NCBI GenBank assembly: GCA_028534125.1
Contig: CM052823.1
Location: forward strand, 82,274,001-82,338,000
Length of the DNA: 64,000 nucleotides
Reading direction: 5' to 3'
DNA from: Lama glama
Lineage: Eukaryota
The notes under the pieces are model-generated. The model did not search any database. It was not told where the DNA came from and saw nothing but the letters and a program-made list of their open reading frames with translations. Positions within the stretch are counted from its first letter, which is position 1, and every line of letters begins with the position of its first letter. A program made the translations under genes and the position numbers. Shown here piece by piece: positions 39,636-51,329 of this stretch.

Positions 39636-39750
39636 TTGTGTGTGTGTGTGTTTATATATACACATACGTACAGATGTGTATGTACACAGATGGATGTATA
39701 CTGATGTGTATATAAATGTGTATGTACATACATGTGTGAATACGTATATT
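39636..39750. repeat. (TG)/(TA)-rich low-complexity repeat
   Basis: Directly visible. Confidence 0.8.
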
Positions 39751-40194
39751 GATTTCTACACACAGTCATTTGTAATCTGAAACCTAACACCATGTTTTAT
39801 AGTGCTTATAGCAATTGTTCATGGCCGTTTACACCAGGTCAAAAAAATCCAGTAAGTTTACATTAAAAACACAACAAAAATGGTTGCTCAGCATTGCTTA
39901 GGCAAAGCAAAAGACTAGCAAATCATCCCTCCTTTTCATCCAGTCGCTCTTGCAGCATCATCACCTTGCAGCGTGTGAGCTTCTACCCCTCAATGCGACT
40001 CATCTGCAACGGCCTAACCAACCAGCTCATCTCTGTAAAGGGGACGAGTCTACACCGCACCTTCCCAGACATTCTCTCATTCAATCCTCTCCAAATCCAG
40101 CGAGACGATCAGTAATGCCCACTCACCATCTCTCTGAGCCTCAGCTGATTGCAAAATGAGGACGATGCTCTCTACCCACAGAGTGGCCCCAGAG

Positions 40195-40420
40195 GCAGGA
40201 TGGTATAGTTAAGCACACAGTCTTCGAGGTAAAAAAAAGACCTGGGGTCCAACCCTCACCTCTGCTGCTGACTGGCTGTGTGAGTTCAGGCAAAGTACAT
40301 CACTTCCCTCCGTTCCCAGTTCTTTATCAGTAAAGGAGGGCTGACTCCAGGGATGATGCTGATAATAGTTATCAAAGAGCAGAGGTGGCCTGTGCCCAGC
40401 TTATAGCAAGAGACTGATAA
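40195..40420 (+). mobile_element. MIR SINE
   Basis: ggtatagttaagcacacagtctt...ggctgtgtgagttcaggcaaagtacatcactt. Confidence 0.75.
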
Positions 40421-41109
40421 ATCATAGATACCGCTGCACTTGACCCTTGAAATATAAATCAGTACAATAGTAAAATCTTATCATTATTTTATCCATGAAG
40501 ACACTAAAATGCTAAATAGTTAAATGACTTATTGAGTGATCACACAGCTATTAAGTGCCAGTGGTCTCCTTAGGACCCTTGCTTCTTACTCCTGGCCTCT
40601 CCCTCCCTCTTCCAGCCCAAGCCCAGGCCCATAGCTGCATAACCTGCTCACATGTGAGTTCTTAAACATTCGGTGGGATTGCGGTAACTTTCCAAGAGAG
40701 CCAGTTATCTCCAGCCCCATAGTCAAAACGGATAACTCACTCCCCAACTCAAAGAAGGGGCAATGCTCCTGGAGTTCACTAGATTTTCCCTCCCTGAAAT
40801 GCTGATGAGGGGATTAGCTACTGGCCATCCTCAAGCAAAATGAGCATCCTAGAAAAAGGTTGCTGCTGGAACTAAAAATCAGGTATGATTTCTTCCACAT
40901 GCCCCACTGCCTTCAGTAAAAGAGGGTGGGCTTGTCATGGATGCCTTTGCTTTTTAATCTGTATTTGATGAAAACATTATTTGAGAATTAAAACCAAAGA
41001 GTACAAGCAATGTCTTGGAAATCATACTAGTGCAATATGAAAATGCTGATAATTCCTTGTGCAAATGAACAATTAGAAAATAAAATACCGAACGTCTCTT
41101 CTTGCCAGA

Positions 41110-41260
41110 CATGTGGCAAAGCACTCCTTGAAGGTGTCATGGAATAGACATTGCCACCACTGTTTTACAGATGAGGGTTCTGAAGCTCTGAGAGGTTAGG
41201 TAACTGGCCCAAAGACACAATAAGCGACAGAGCTGGAATTTGAACCCAGGTCATCGGCTA
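41110..41260 (-). mobile_element. MIR SINE
   Basis: gttttacagatgagggttctgaagctctgagaggttaggtaactggcccaaagacaca...ttgaacccagg. Confidence 0.85.
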
Positions 41261-41689
41261 TGGATTCACCTTTCATCCCATTTCATCACAGCCGCCTTCG
41301 AACATGCCTGGGATTAGTACTACACACATGGGGGAACAGCCTGGCCCATGTTGCATAAGGATATTCACACACTGGGAACAGTATGATGTGATGAAAGAGG
41401 ACCGGCCTGATTCAGGAGAGCCAAGCCCTCTCTCCACCTGCTATTAAATGTGTGACTTTAGACACGTCACTTGAGCACGGAAAAAGCCTTGGTTTACTTC
41501 TGCTGAACCAAACCGTCTCAAAGCCTCCTTCACTTCTAAAAGTGTATGGTTCTGTTTTTTTTTTCTATTTGTTTAACTTTAACATTTGGCTCCTGCACTT
41601 TATTGTGTAGATCTGAGGGTTCTGGAAAGAGTAATTTGGAAAGAAGTAAATTAACTTGGTCAGAGTATTATATGCAGTTTCAAAACACT

Positions 41690-42310
41690 ATTGAGGCTCT
41701 AAATTAGAATTCAACACCAAATGGCAAGGGTGTGGGGAACTGATATTCTCATATTATTGGAGGGTGGGTAGAGTAGTATAATTTTTCAGGGCAATCTGAC
41801 AACTTCTGTAACAACCTGGCCAAGAAAATCCACCTCCAGGAATTTATCACATAGCTATAGGAATACCCTGCAGCCATATTCGCCTGTGTGCACAGAGGCA
41901 TGCCATCGAAGGACATTCTCTGCAGCGTCGTATGTGACTGTCAAGGATTAAAAGGAACCGAAGTGCTCAATCAATAGAAGACGGGTTAAATAAATTAAGA
42001 TTCCCCACAGCACGTAATACCATGCAGGTATTAAGGAAAATGGGGCAGATGTACTAATATGGAAAGCTCACAAAGTATTCTGCTAACTTTCTAGATGCTG
42101 GACACTGTGGGTAATGTTCTGCAGCCTCTGGGGTATGCTGAGGTATGTTTGTGTGTGTGTGTGTGCAATATGTCTGGAAGGACACAGAAGAAACCTAGTG
42201 TCTGCAGTCATCTCTGCAGACAGGAGCTGAGGGCCTAGGGGACAGACGTGAGAGACTTCCTGTTTGGTAGTGTTTTATTATTATTTTTTAACCATGCATA
42301 TGTATTGCTA
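41690..42310 (+). mobile_element. Old L1 (L1ME-like) 3' fragment
   Basis: ccaaatggcaagggtgtggggaactg...aatccacctccaggaatttatc...aatatggaaagctc. Confidence 0.65.
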
Positions 42311-42519
42311 CTTGGATGGGTAGAGGATGGATGGTTGGATGGCTGGATGGACAGACTAATGGGTGGAGGGAGAGAGAAAAAGTCAAGAGAGAACTATGGT
42401 TGTTACCAGAAATCAGAGCAAAAAGCAACTTGCTCAGACATACAAACAACCTCTAACCAAGACCACATTTCCACACCACAATCATGTACCTAATGAATCA
42501 GCAACAAAAACAGAAGTGA

Positions 42520-42740
42520 CTACCCTGTGAGTATTTTATGTAGTCACCTTACTTAATCTGCACTCCAGCACCCAAACCAATGTATTACCTGCACATGAAC
42601 CTGTATCTCCCTCACAGATGGGTAAACTGAAGTTCAGAGAGGGGAAGCAACTCACCCAAGGGCACTCAGCTTATAAGAGACAGCATCAGGTTTGGAATCC
42701 AGGCTTGCTGATTGCAAAGCCAACCCTCTTTTTCACTGGC
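42520..42740 (-). mobile_element. MIR SINE
   Basis: cacagatgggtaaactgaagttcagagaggggaagcaactcacccaagggcactcagct. Confidence 0.85.
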
Positions 42741-43801
42741 TCAAATTGATGTTGTTATGGCCAATTTCAATTTTACACAAAGTGGACTTTGCCCATTGGC
42801 AAACTGTAGAAAAATGTGTATGGCAGCACTCACTCCAGGTTCTGCTGTCACCAAATTAAAGTGCTGGAGTCATCCCAGATTTCTTTGGAAGGCCTGGGAA
42901 GTTGTGCTTTGTCCCTCAATGGCCAGATCCACAACACACAGAATAAACTCCTTCAATAAAGTTCACCCTGTTCCTCATTAATTCCCCTCCTATTGAAAGA
43001 CTGGGGACTGGCGGGCGAGGGGGCCAGTCTGCTCTCTGATGCAGAGGCCCAAGCTGATTCCAACAGAGCTCCAAGGGCCTTCGATGCTGAAAGCAGTCAG
43101 TGCCAACCGGACAGCTTATCATCATTATTTCCTGGAAAGGTCCTCTGAGACCTTGAGCATAAAAGAGCTTGTTTCCAACCCGAGGATCCTCTCTGGTCTG
43201 TGTTGTACCCACAGGGACGCAGAAGCACTTGTGGTATCAAGAAGCTACTGACACGGATCTGAAACGACTTTGATAACAGCAGCACAAAAAAGCCCTCAGC
43301 TGCCTGTAGGAAGGCAGGCAGCAGCAGCAGCAGCATCTCATAGGCACAATTACAGCGCTCACCTGAGCTTTCCAGGTGCAACAGCATCAGCCGGGCTCCC
43401 ACCTCCCCCGCTTTCCCTGTTTTTGGACGCCCTAAATTGCTTTGGCGGCAGGATAGCAAGCTGTGCCGGATAAACACCGTTCTCCAGGGTTGGTTACTTT
43501 TAACAGAAGCCACCAAAACCTGCCTGAATGTTACTCCAGGCAAGTAACTCAGAACAATGCTTTTTAAAAAAAAAAATTTATTTTTTAATTTTTTTTACTT
43601 AGCAACAGTCAGCGTACTTGTGAGGCAACCGTGAATATTCAAATACTGTAATTGGAGATGATTTACATTGTTTTGAATTAACTAAAATTCCATTGTTAAG
43701 CACAAATACAGCTCCACTAAATCATCATGCTTTTAATAGGTCCACGTGAGCAGGTTACCGAGCGCATTAGGATTTATAACGCTCCTGGGGAGCTGACCAC
43801 T

Positions 43802-44085
43802 NNNNNNNNNNNNNNNNNNNNNNNNNNNNNNNNNNNNNNNNNNNNNNNNNNNNNNNNNNNNNNNNNNNNNNNNNNNNNNNNNNNNNNNNNNNNNNNNNNN
43901 NNNNNNNNNNNNNNNNNNNNNNNNNNNNNNNNNNNNNNNNNNNNNNNNNNNNNNNNNNNNNNNNNNNNNNNNNNNNNNNNNNNNNNNNNNNNNNNNNNNN
44001 NNNNNNNNNNNNNNNNNNNNNNNNNNNNNNNNNNNNNNNNNNNNNNNNNNNNNNNNNNNNNNNNNNNNNNNNNNNNNNNNNNNNN
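43802..44085. other. N run, 284 nt (probably masked)
   Basis: Directly visible. Confidence 0.95.
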
Positions 44086-44735
44086 AATTTGGAGCAGGTT
44101 TCCAGCTGCACTTTTCCTGAAAAGCTACAACTTTGCATCACAGATCAACACAAATGCTGGTATCAGCTGTTGTCTCCACTATGATCAATTACCGTCCAAG
44201 CTGCTTCACACTAAAAACTGCAGTGTTGTTTATTTTACTGCTGGTTGAACTGCATGCTGTCAATCATTAGAAAATTATTTTCTCTGAAATATGAAGAGTC
44301 TCTATTTCATTTTTCTCCTGTTGCCCTGATCACTACACACAAAGCACATAAGCAGGTGGCTTCATGTCCTGCTGCGGGAAACCTTTATTACAGTTTGACA
44401 GCTCACTTTTGCAACAAACCACAGCAAAGCAAGAGAGTTTGAAGCACAAGCAAAAGAGAACATTGGGAGAGACCAAGAAACACTGAAGCGTGTGGGAGAA
44501 CCATTTTCTTGGCTTAGTTCAATAGCAAATGTTGGGAGAATATTTGCTCATTATTTCTAAATCAAAACAGAAGGAAATAAAGATTTAAAACATAAACCTT
44601 TCTCCATCCTAGAATTCTAAGCACATTCTGCTGCTCAGGGCATTTTGTAGCGATCAGCTAGTTCTTACATAATAACCGTTTGTGAATACTGTTCTCATAT
44701 TGAAGGTGAGAAAGAGATCATAGAATTATTCATGG

Positions 44736-45037
44736 CAGTATTTTCCTGAGTGTATTCTGCAGAGCATGAGCTAAAGAGCTTTTGGATATTAGGAGGGTTT
44801 ATAATAAAGAAGGGTTCCATGGTCAAATGAGTTTGGGGAATGCTGGATTAAACAAAGCTGTGTAAACATGGATCTTTACATTAGGTTTTCTCCCAGCCTT
44901 TAAGCCGCTAATGGACATTGTAAAACTCCAAGAGGAGGATGTGGAATGAAGTGTTTCTCAAATTTATTTGATCGTGGACTTTTTACTAAGAAGGGAAAAA
45001 AGCTAGAGTGTCGCAGAACTCAATTTAGGAAACACAG
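44736..45037. mobile_element. hAT-Charlie-type MER element
   Basis: TIR-like cagtattttcc ... ggaaacacag; internal gggttccatggtcaaatgagtttggggaatgctgg. Confidence 0.65.
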
Positions 45038-45534
45038 TGTACGGCATACGGTCCCACACTGGCAACCAGGACACACCAGTGGGCCTCAAGTCTTTTCTGG
45101 AAGTTCTCCAAATTCTGCCCCTGCCATCCCTCCCTGCTACCAATTAACTGAAGCCCATTCTCCACCTCTACCTCAGGAACTTTATTGTCAGCTTCAGAAT
45201 CCATACACATAAACCCTAACACACAAGTGTATCATCTTCTATCACCAGTATCTTAGACCCTAATCCAGAAGGTTCTGTAAATAGCCATAAGTCAACTTCT
45301 TGGGAGAAGAAACAATTTCTACTTAAGCACAGATGATGGACATTATGATTTAGTTTATACACAGGGGGTGTACTCAGAGCAATCGCCCTGAAAGGGTGGT
45401 TCATATCTTGTGGTCATTGTAGGGCTTAAAAAATCTCAATCACTCTTTAACCCGGCACCCACAGGTATGAGACAAAAAATAAATAGCCCCCACCCACAAG
45501 ATCACAGTTGTATTTTGACATAACATTCAAAAAG

Positions 45535-48240
45535 CATTGGGACACTACTAAAAAAAACTACTAGAACCAGTAAGTACGTTTAGTAAGGTCACAGGAGATA
45601 AATCAACCGTATTTCTATATATTAACAATAAACAATTGGAAACTAAATTTTTAAAAACCACATTATTTACAGTGGCATTTAAAATAAAGCATTTAGGTAT
45701 AAATCTCACAATACAGGTGTAAGAGTTGCGTTTTGGAACTCACCGAACATCAGTAAGAGACATTAAAAAAGGGTCTAAATAAATAGAACTGCAGTGTGTT
45801 TATACACTGGACAACTCAATATCATTGAGTGGTTAATTCTCTCCAAACTGATATTTATAATCAACTAACTCCCAGACAAAGCATCAGCAAGACTTTTGGT
45901 AAAAATTGACAAGCTGATTCTAAAATTTATATGGAAAAGGAGAGGATCTAGAATATCCCAATAATTCTGAAAAGAAGAACAAAACTGAAATACTTGCGCT
46001 GATTGATCTCAAGACTTTTTCTAAAGCTACAGTCATTAGGGTGGTGTAGTAATGACATAAGTACAGACATGAAAGTGAATAGAATATAAACTCCAGAAAC
46101 AGACCCACAGAAATATGGCCAGTTGATAATCAACAAAGATGCCAAGGTAATTCAGCAGAGAAAGATTTACCAACAATGGTGCTAGAACAATTCTCAACAA
46201 GGATGCTGGAGCAATTAGATGCAACTGAATACCACAAAATGAACCTAGAGCTTTTCTTCAAACTATATATAAAATTAACTCAAGATGAATCATAGCCATA
46301 TATGTAAAACCTTAAACTATAAAACTTTTAGAAGAATGCTATGATGTTAGGTGAGGTAAAGATTTCTTAGAACACAAAAAGCACAAACCATAGGGTGAAA
46401 AATCAGTAAATCAGACTTTACCAAAATTGAAAACTTTTGTTCTTCTAAAGACTCAGTTATGAAGACAAAATGACAAGCTACAGACTGGGAGAAATATCCA
46501 CAAAGCAAATACCCGATAAGGGATCTGTATCCAAAATATATAAAGAACACTTACAACTTAATAGTAAGAAAATGAGTCAATTTTTTAAATGAGCAAAAAT
46601 TTGAACAGACACTTCACCAAAGAAGAGATATGATGGCAAATAAACACATAAATCATTAGAAAATACAAATTAAAAACACAATCAGACACAACTACATATG
46701 TACCAGAATGGCCAAGCATTAACAAGTCTGACAATATGAGGGAGCAGCTCCAACTCCCTAACATTACTCGTGGAAATGCAAAATGGTAAGTCACTTTGGA
46801 ACACAGGTTGACAGTTTTTTATAAAGTTAAACATACATTTATCATAAAACCCAGCAATCCCACTCCAGGCATTTATCCAAGAGAAATGCAAACATATATC
46901 CACACAAAAAACTGTATGTTACTGTTTAAAGCAGCTTTATACATAGTTGCCACAAACTGGAAACACCTCAAATATCTTTTAAAAGGTGAATGGATAGAGA
47001 AATGCAAATCAAAACTACAATGAGGTATCTCTTCACACCAGTCAGAATGGCCATCATTCAAAAGTCCACAAATGACAAATGCTAGAGAGGCTGTGGAGAA
47101 AAGGGAACCCTCCTACACTGCTTGTAGGAATGCAGCTTGGTGCAGCCAGTGTGGAAAACAGTATGGAGATTCCTCAAAAGACTAGGAATAGACTTACCAT
47201 ATGATCCAGTAATTCTGCTCCTGGGCATATATCCAGAAGGAACCCTACTTCAAAAAGACACCTGTACCCCAGTGTTCATAGCAGCACTATTTACAATAGC
47301 CAAGACATGGAAACAGCCTAAATGTCCATTGACAGTGACTGGGTAAAGAAGAGGTGGTATATTTATACAATGGAACACTATTCAGCCATAAAAAAGACAA
47401 CATAATGCCATTTGCAGCAACATGGATGTCCCTGGAGAATGTCATTTTAAGTGAAGCCAGAAAGAAAAAAAAATACCATATGAGATCTCTCATATGTGGA
47501 ATCTAAAAAAAGAGAAAAGAATATAAATACAAAACAGAAACAGACTCACAGACACAGAATACAAACTGTGGTTGCCAAGGGGGAGGAGGGTGGCAAGGGA
47601 CAGACTGGGAGTTTGAAATTTGTAGATACTGACAGGCATATATAGAATAGATGAACAAGATTATACTGTATAGCACAGGGAAATATATACAAGATCTTGT
47701 GGTAGCTCACAGCAAAAAAGAATGCAACAATGAATACATGTATGTTCATGTATAACTGAAAAATTGTGCTCTACACTGGAAATTGATACAACATTGTAAA
47801 ATGACTAGAACTCAATAAAAAAATGTAAAAAAAATGAATGGATAAGTAAATTGTGGTACATCCATACAACAGAAGAGTATTCAGCAATGAAAAAGAATGA
47901 AGTGAAGCATGCAACCACATAAAGGCATCTCAGAAATACTGCTAACAGATGCCAGATACAAAAGATTTTATATTGTATGATTCTATTTACATAGTGATCT
48001 TGAAAAGGTAAAACTATAGAGACAGAAATCAGATCCGTGGCAGGGACTGGGAGTTGTAAGAGGATTGACTAGAAAGTAGTAGGAGGGGAAATCTGGAGAT
48101 GATAGAAATATTCTATATATTGATTGTGGTGATGGTAACAGAACTATAGACATTTATAAAAACTCACTGAACTGTATAGCTTGAAAGGATGAAATTTACT
48201 CTATGTAAATTATACATCAGCAAAACTGATTTTTTTAATT
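45535..48240 (+). mobile_element. Old L1 (L1MB/MC-like) ORF2-3'UTR remnant interrupted by a younger L1
   Basis: Colinear degenerate ORF2 motifs (aaattgacaagctgattctaaaatttatatggaaa) and 3' UTR ending actctatgtaaattatacatcagcaaaactg. Confidence 0.9.
46997..47834 (+). mobile_element. Young 5'-truncated L1 (camelid/artiodactyl) nested in the older L1
   Basis: ORF2 C-terminal translation ([20 protein letters not shown]), aataaa plus A tail; TSD core tgaatggata at 46987-46996 and 47835-47844. Confidence 0.93.
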
Positions 48241-48799
48241 GGGCATAAATTCATACTTGCTTTGATTCATCTTACATTTTACCTCATGTATCCTTGTTAG
48301 TGACCATTCTACACTTCAGTGGTACTAAACATTTTATATATGTTTGATCTTAATGTGGAGGCTTCAGCTTAGTTGATACTTGGTGTTAAAAACTGTTTGA
48401 CATATGGTTACACCCACAGTGAAATCTCCCCACATGAAGTGGTTAAAACACACTGGTATTATTATGAGAATTTTTAATTGAAGGAAGTGGCCAACTGAAA
48501 AAACCACCAAGAAACAGAAAGTGCCAGATGTTGTGGCTTTGCCTTTCTGATCTGAAACTTCTCAGTCCCAGCTCTGATCCGAGGAACTCTGAGCACCTAA
48601 GCTAGACTTCCAATCAGGGACATTTGAAAATCGCACTGTGTAGGTCCTGACTCACATACTGCTTGCTCTTTAAATAACTGTGCTCCCACCAGTTCACCGA
48701 CTGCCTCTGGCATCATCCATTTCCTTCTCTTTTCTCTCATAGTGGCATGTTCATTTGAAAAGCCAACATTTCCATAAGTGCATAATTATAAGAAAATAT

Positions 48800-49480
48800 G
48801 AGTAATTTTATGGAAGCAGTTTAAAACCTGGAGGAAATGGATATTTTCTCAAAAAATATGAATGACTTAAATGGATCTATATTACTAAACATCATAGAAG
48901 TGTACACTTAAAAAATCACACATTACTAAAAGTAACTGAATTTTGTGATATGTAAATTATACCTCCATAAAGCTATTTTTTTAAGTTTGTAAAAGAAGTT
49001 ACAAAGCAAAAGTTGAATAGACTAGTTATCATAGAAGATGTAAAAATGATTGCAAATCTATCAGTTTTAAAAGAACCAGAACTAAACAGTTTCACAGTTG
49101 AGTTCTATCTCATCCTTAAGGAACAGATAATTCCTTTATAATTCAAAATAATTCAGACCATAATAAAAAGCTGGAGAGTGCCCCAATTCATTTTACGATT
49201 CCAACACAACTTTAATTCCCAAACCTGATAAAAATGGTATAAAAAGAGGAGAACTACAGTCCGATCTCATTTAGGAACTGAAATGCAAAAATTTAAATCA
49301 AATATTGGCAAAGAGAATCTAGCAGTGTATTAAAATAGCAATGCTCTATGAACAAACTGGGTTTACTCCCGAAATGCAAGGATAATTTAGAATTAGAAAG
49401 TCTTTCACAATGTAAGTCATGACATCGACAAATTAAAAAAGAAAAATAATATGATCATATCATTAGATATTGAAAAGGCT
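48800..49480 (+). mobile_element. Old L1 ORF2 (RT-region) fragment
   Basis: aaaacctggaggaaatggatattttctc...ctgggtttactcccgaaatgcaaggata...atgatcatatcattagatattgaaaaggctttt. Confidence 0.85.
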
Positions 49481-50125
49481 TTTGCTCTTCTCTGAAATGG
49501 CTGTACTCCTCAGATGCGGGTGATTTCTGCCCATGAACTCATCCCCTGGACGTCAGCCACTCTGTCTGTCAGGTGATACTCACCTGGGAAAGTCTGAAGT
49601 TCTCATCACAGTCAGGAGGTGGAGGATTGGTTTTTCCTCACTTTTCAGGAAAAGCCTCTCCAGCACTGTTGTGAATGGGTATGGCCCGTCACTGCGGAAG
49701 ACTCCAGTTTGAGGATTAAGCTGTCATAAACAGAAGGACAAAACAGAGAGAAGTGCAGGAAAACCGAACCAGCATCCAGATGTGCTCACAAATCCATTTA
49801 CAGCTTTCCCCCACCCCCTCAGCCCTTCTAGATCTCAGTCTGATTGTCTGGGAAAGGAAGAGCTGTTTTGAGGCCTTGGTTAGGATCCACTTGCTCCAGA
49901 GTTATATGCTTCAACCGCTTGGCTAATTTCTTTGAAAGATACACAGGACAGCCTTAAACGCACATGGACACAGGTGGAATACTGAGCTTTACTATGAAGA
50001 CTGGATGGTGGTTTTTTCTTTCCACTAAAAGTCACCCCTTGGCTTATAATGGAAATTAACAGTAAAGAACATTCAATAGGCAAAGTTTTGTTTTACACAC
50101 AATTTTAAAGCAGTGTACCAAGTAG

Positions 50126-50552
50126 CAGCATTTACCAAATAAGAGAACAGATGTTCCACATTTAAAAAAAAAAATAGGTTGTGGGCTCAAATATGCATTG
50201 AAACGCCTGGGTTTTAAGTCAAACCCATTTCTAACTGATGGAGCTGAACTTAAAAAAAAATTTTTTTTTAATTATCTGTAGTATACTGGTCAGTTTACCT
50301 CGTTTTTATGATATAGTACAAAGACACTCTTTACTATGAGTGGCTTTAAAAGAACACGAATTGTAAAATCAAATGGAGCTGAACTTTAATTGCTGACGTG
50401 CACCGCAAGCCTCCAAAAAGGGGTATCCTATGCCCCAAATATTATTAACTTCAGCTAGCTTAACATCCTTCCTGCCTGCATTTCTTCCCTCTTCCCTTCC
50501 TAGCAGAGTCTCAAAGAACTAAGATTTTTCAGAACAACTTTGGAGAACACTG
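50126..50552. mobile_element. hAT-Charlie-type MER element interrupted by a 121-bp insert
   Basis: cagcatttacc ... tttggagaacactg ends; similar to 44736-45037 once the insert is removed. Confidence 0.55.
50252..50372 (-). other. TSD-flanked retroposed insert of unidentified source RNA
   Basis: Perfect 14-bp direct repeats ATGGAGCTGAACTT at 50238-50251 and 50373-50386; A tail on the minus strand. Confidence 0.75.
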
Positions 50553-51329
50553 AACGCACAAAGTGGAAACTTACGCAAAAATGAGAAATAAAAACAAAAG
50601 CAGTCTTGATATAGAGTCATCTGGACATTGTGTTTGTCTTTTGGAGGCTATTTAAAGCCTCAGAAGCTGAATCAAAACAAACCACTTTTTTCTCATGGTG
50701 ATGTGAGAAGTTCTGTTTTCCAAAGACAGCTGTGTTCCTTCCGCCTCAAGAAGTAAGTGTAGAATGAGAGAGGCGTGGACGGCGCAGGAAAGCACAGGCT
50801 GCAGCCACTGTGATGGATTTGTTCACCATTTCCGGGTAAGAGTAGCAAGCATTGGCGAGATCAAGTCATCACTGCTCTAAATCCCCAGTCATGTCTGTCT
50901 CTGACTCCATAAACCAGTGGGGCAGCCGGCCATGCGAGAGCCTAAAGGTTAAGCACATACCATTGACCTCGCGGAGAAACGAGTTCTCACATCATTAAAT
51001 ACGGCGTGTTCTCCAGCTTTGCCTGATCGCACCGAAAAGTGCCCTGGGAGCATTATTCAAGGCTTAGATGTTTCACCTACATTTGTGCGACACAAAATCA
51101 ATATCTTTTTCCTGCCTTTGTTTGCTTGGATTATATTTAACTACTAAAAAGCTTTTAAGACACCAATCAGATTTAACACCTTCCGTCTTCCATAGGCAGT
51201 TGTGTGAACAAGAAAAATACAAATATCTCTTTGTTTTCTTTTCCTGTAGGTTGTCAGGACAAGAAACATGAAACAGCTTATCCGGAGTACGCTTCTATGT
51301 TAATATAAAGGTAGACAATTTACAGTCTT

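Noticed and set aside
43317-43335. (GCA)n run
   Set aside because: Only about six units and not in a supported coding frame
47137-47346. ORF with L1 ORF2 C-terminal similarity
   Set aside because: 5'-truncated retrotransposon fragment, not a functional CDS
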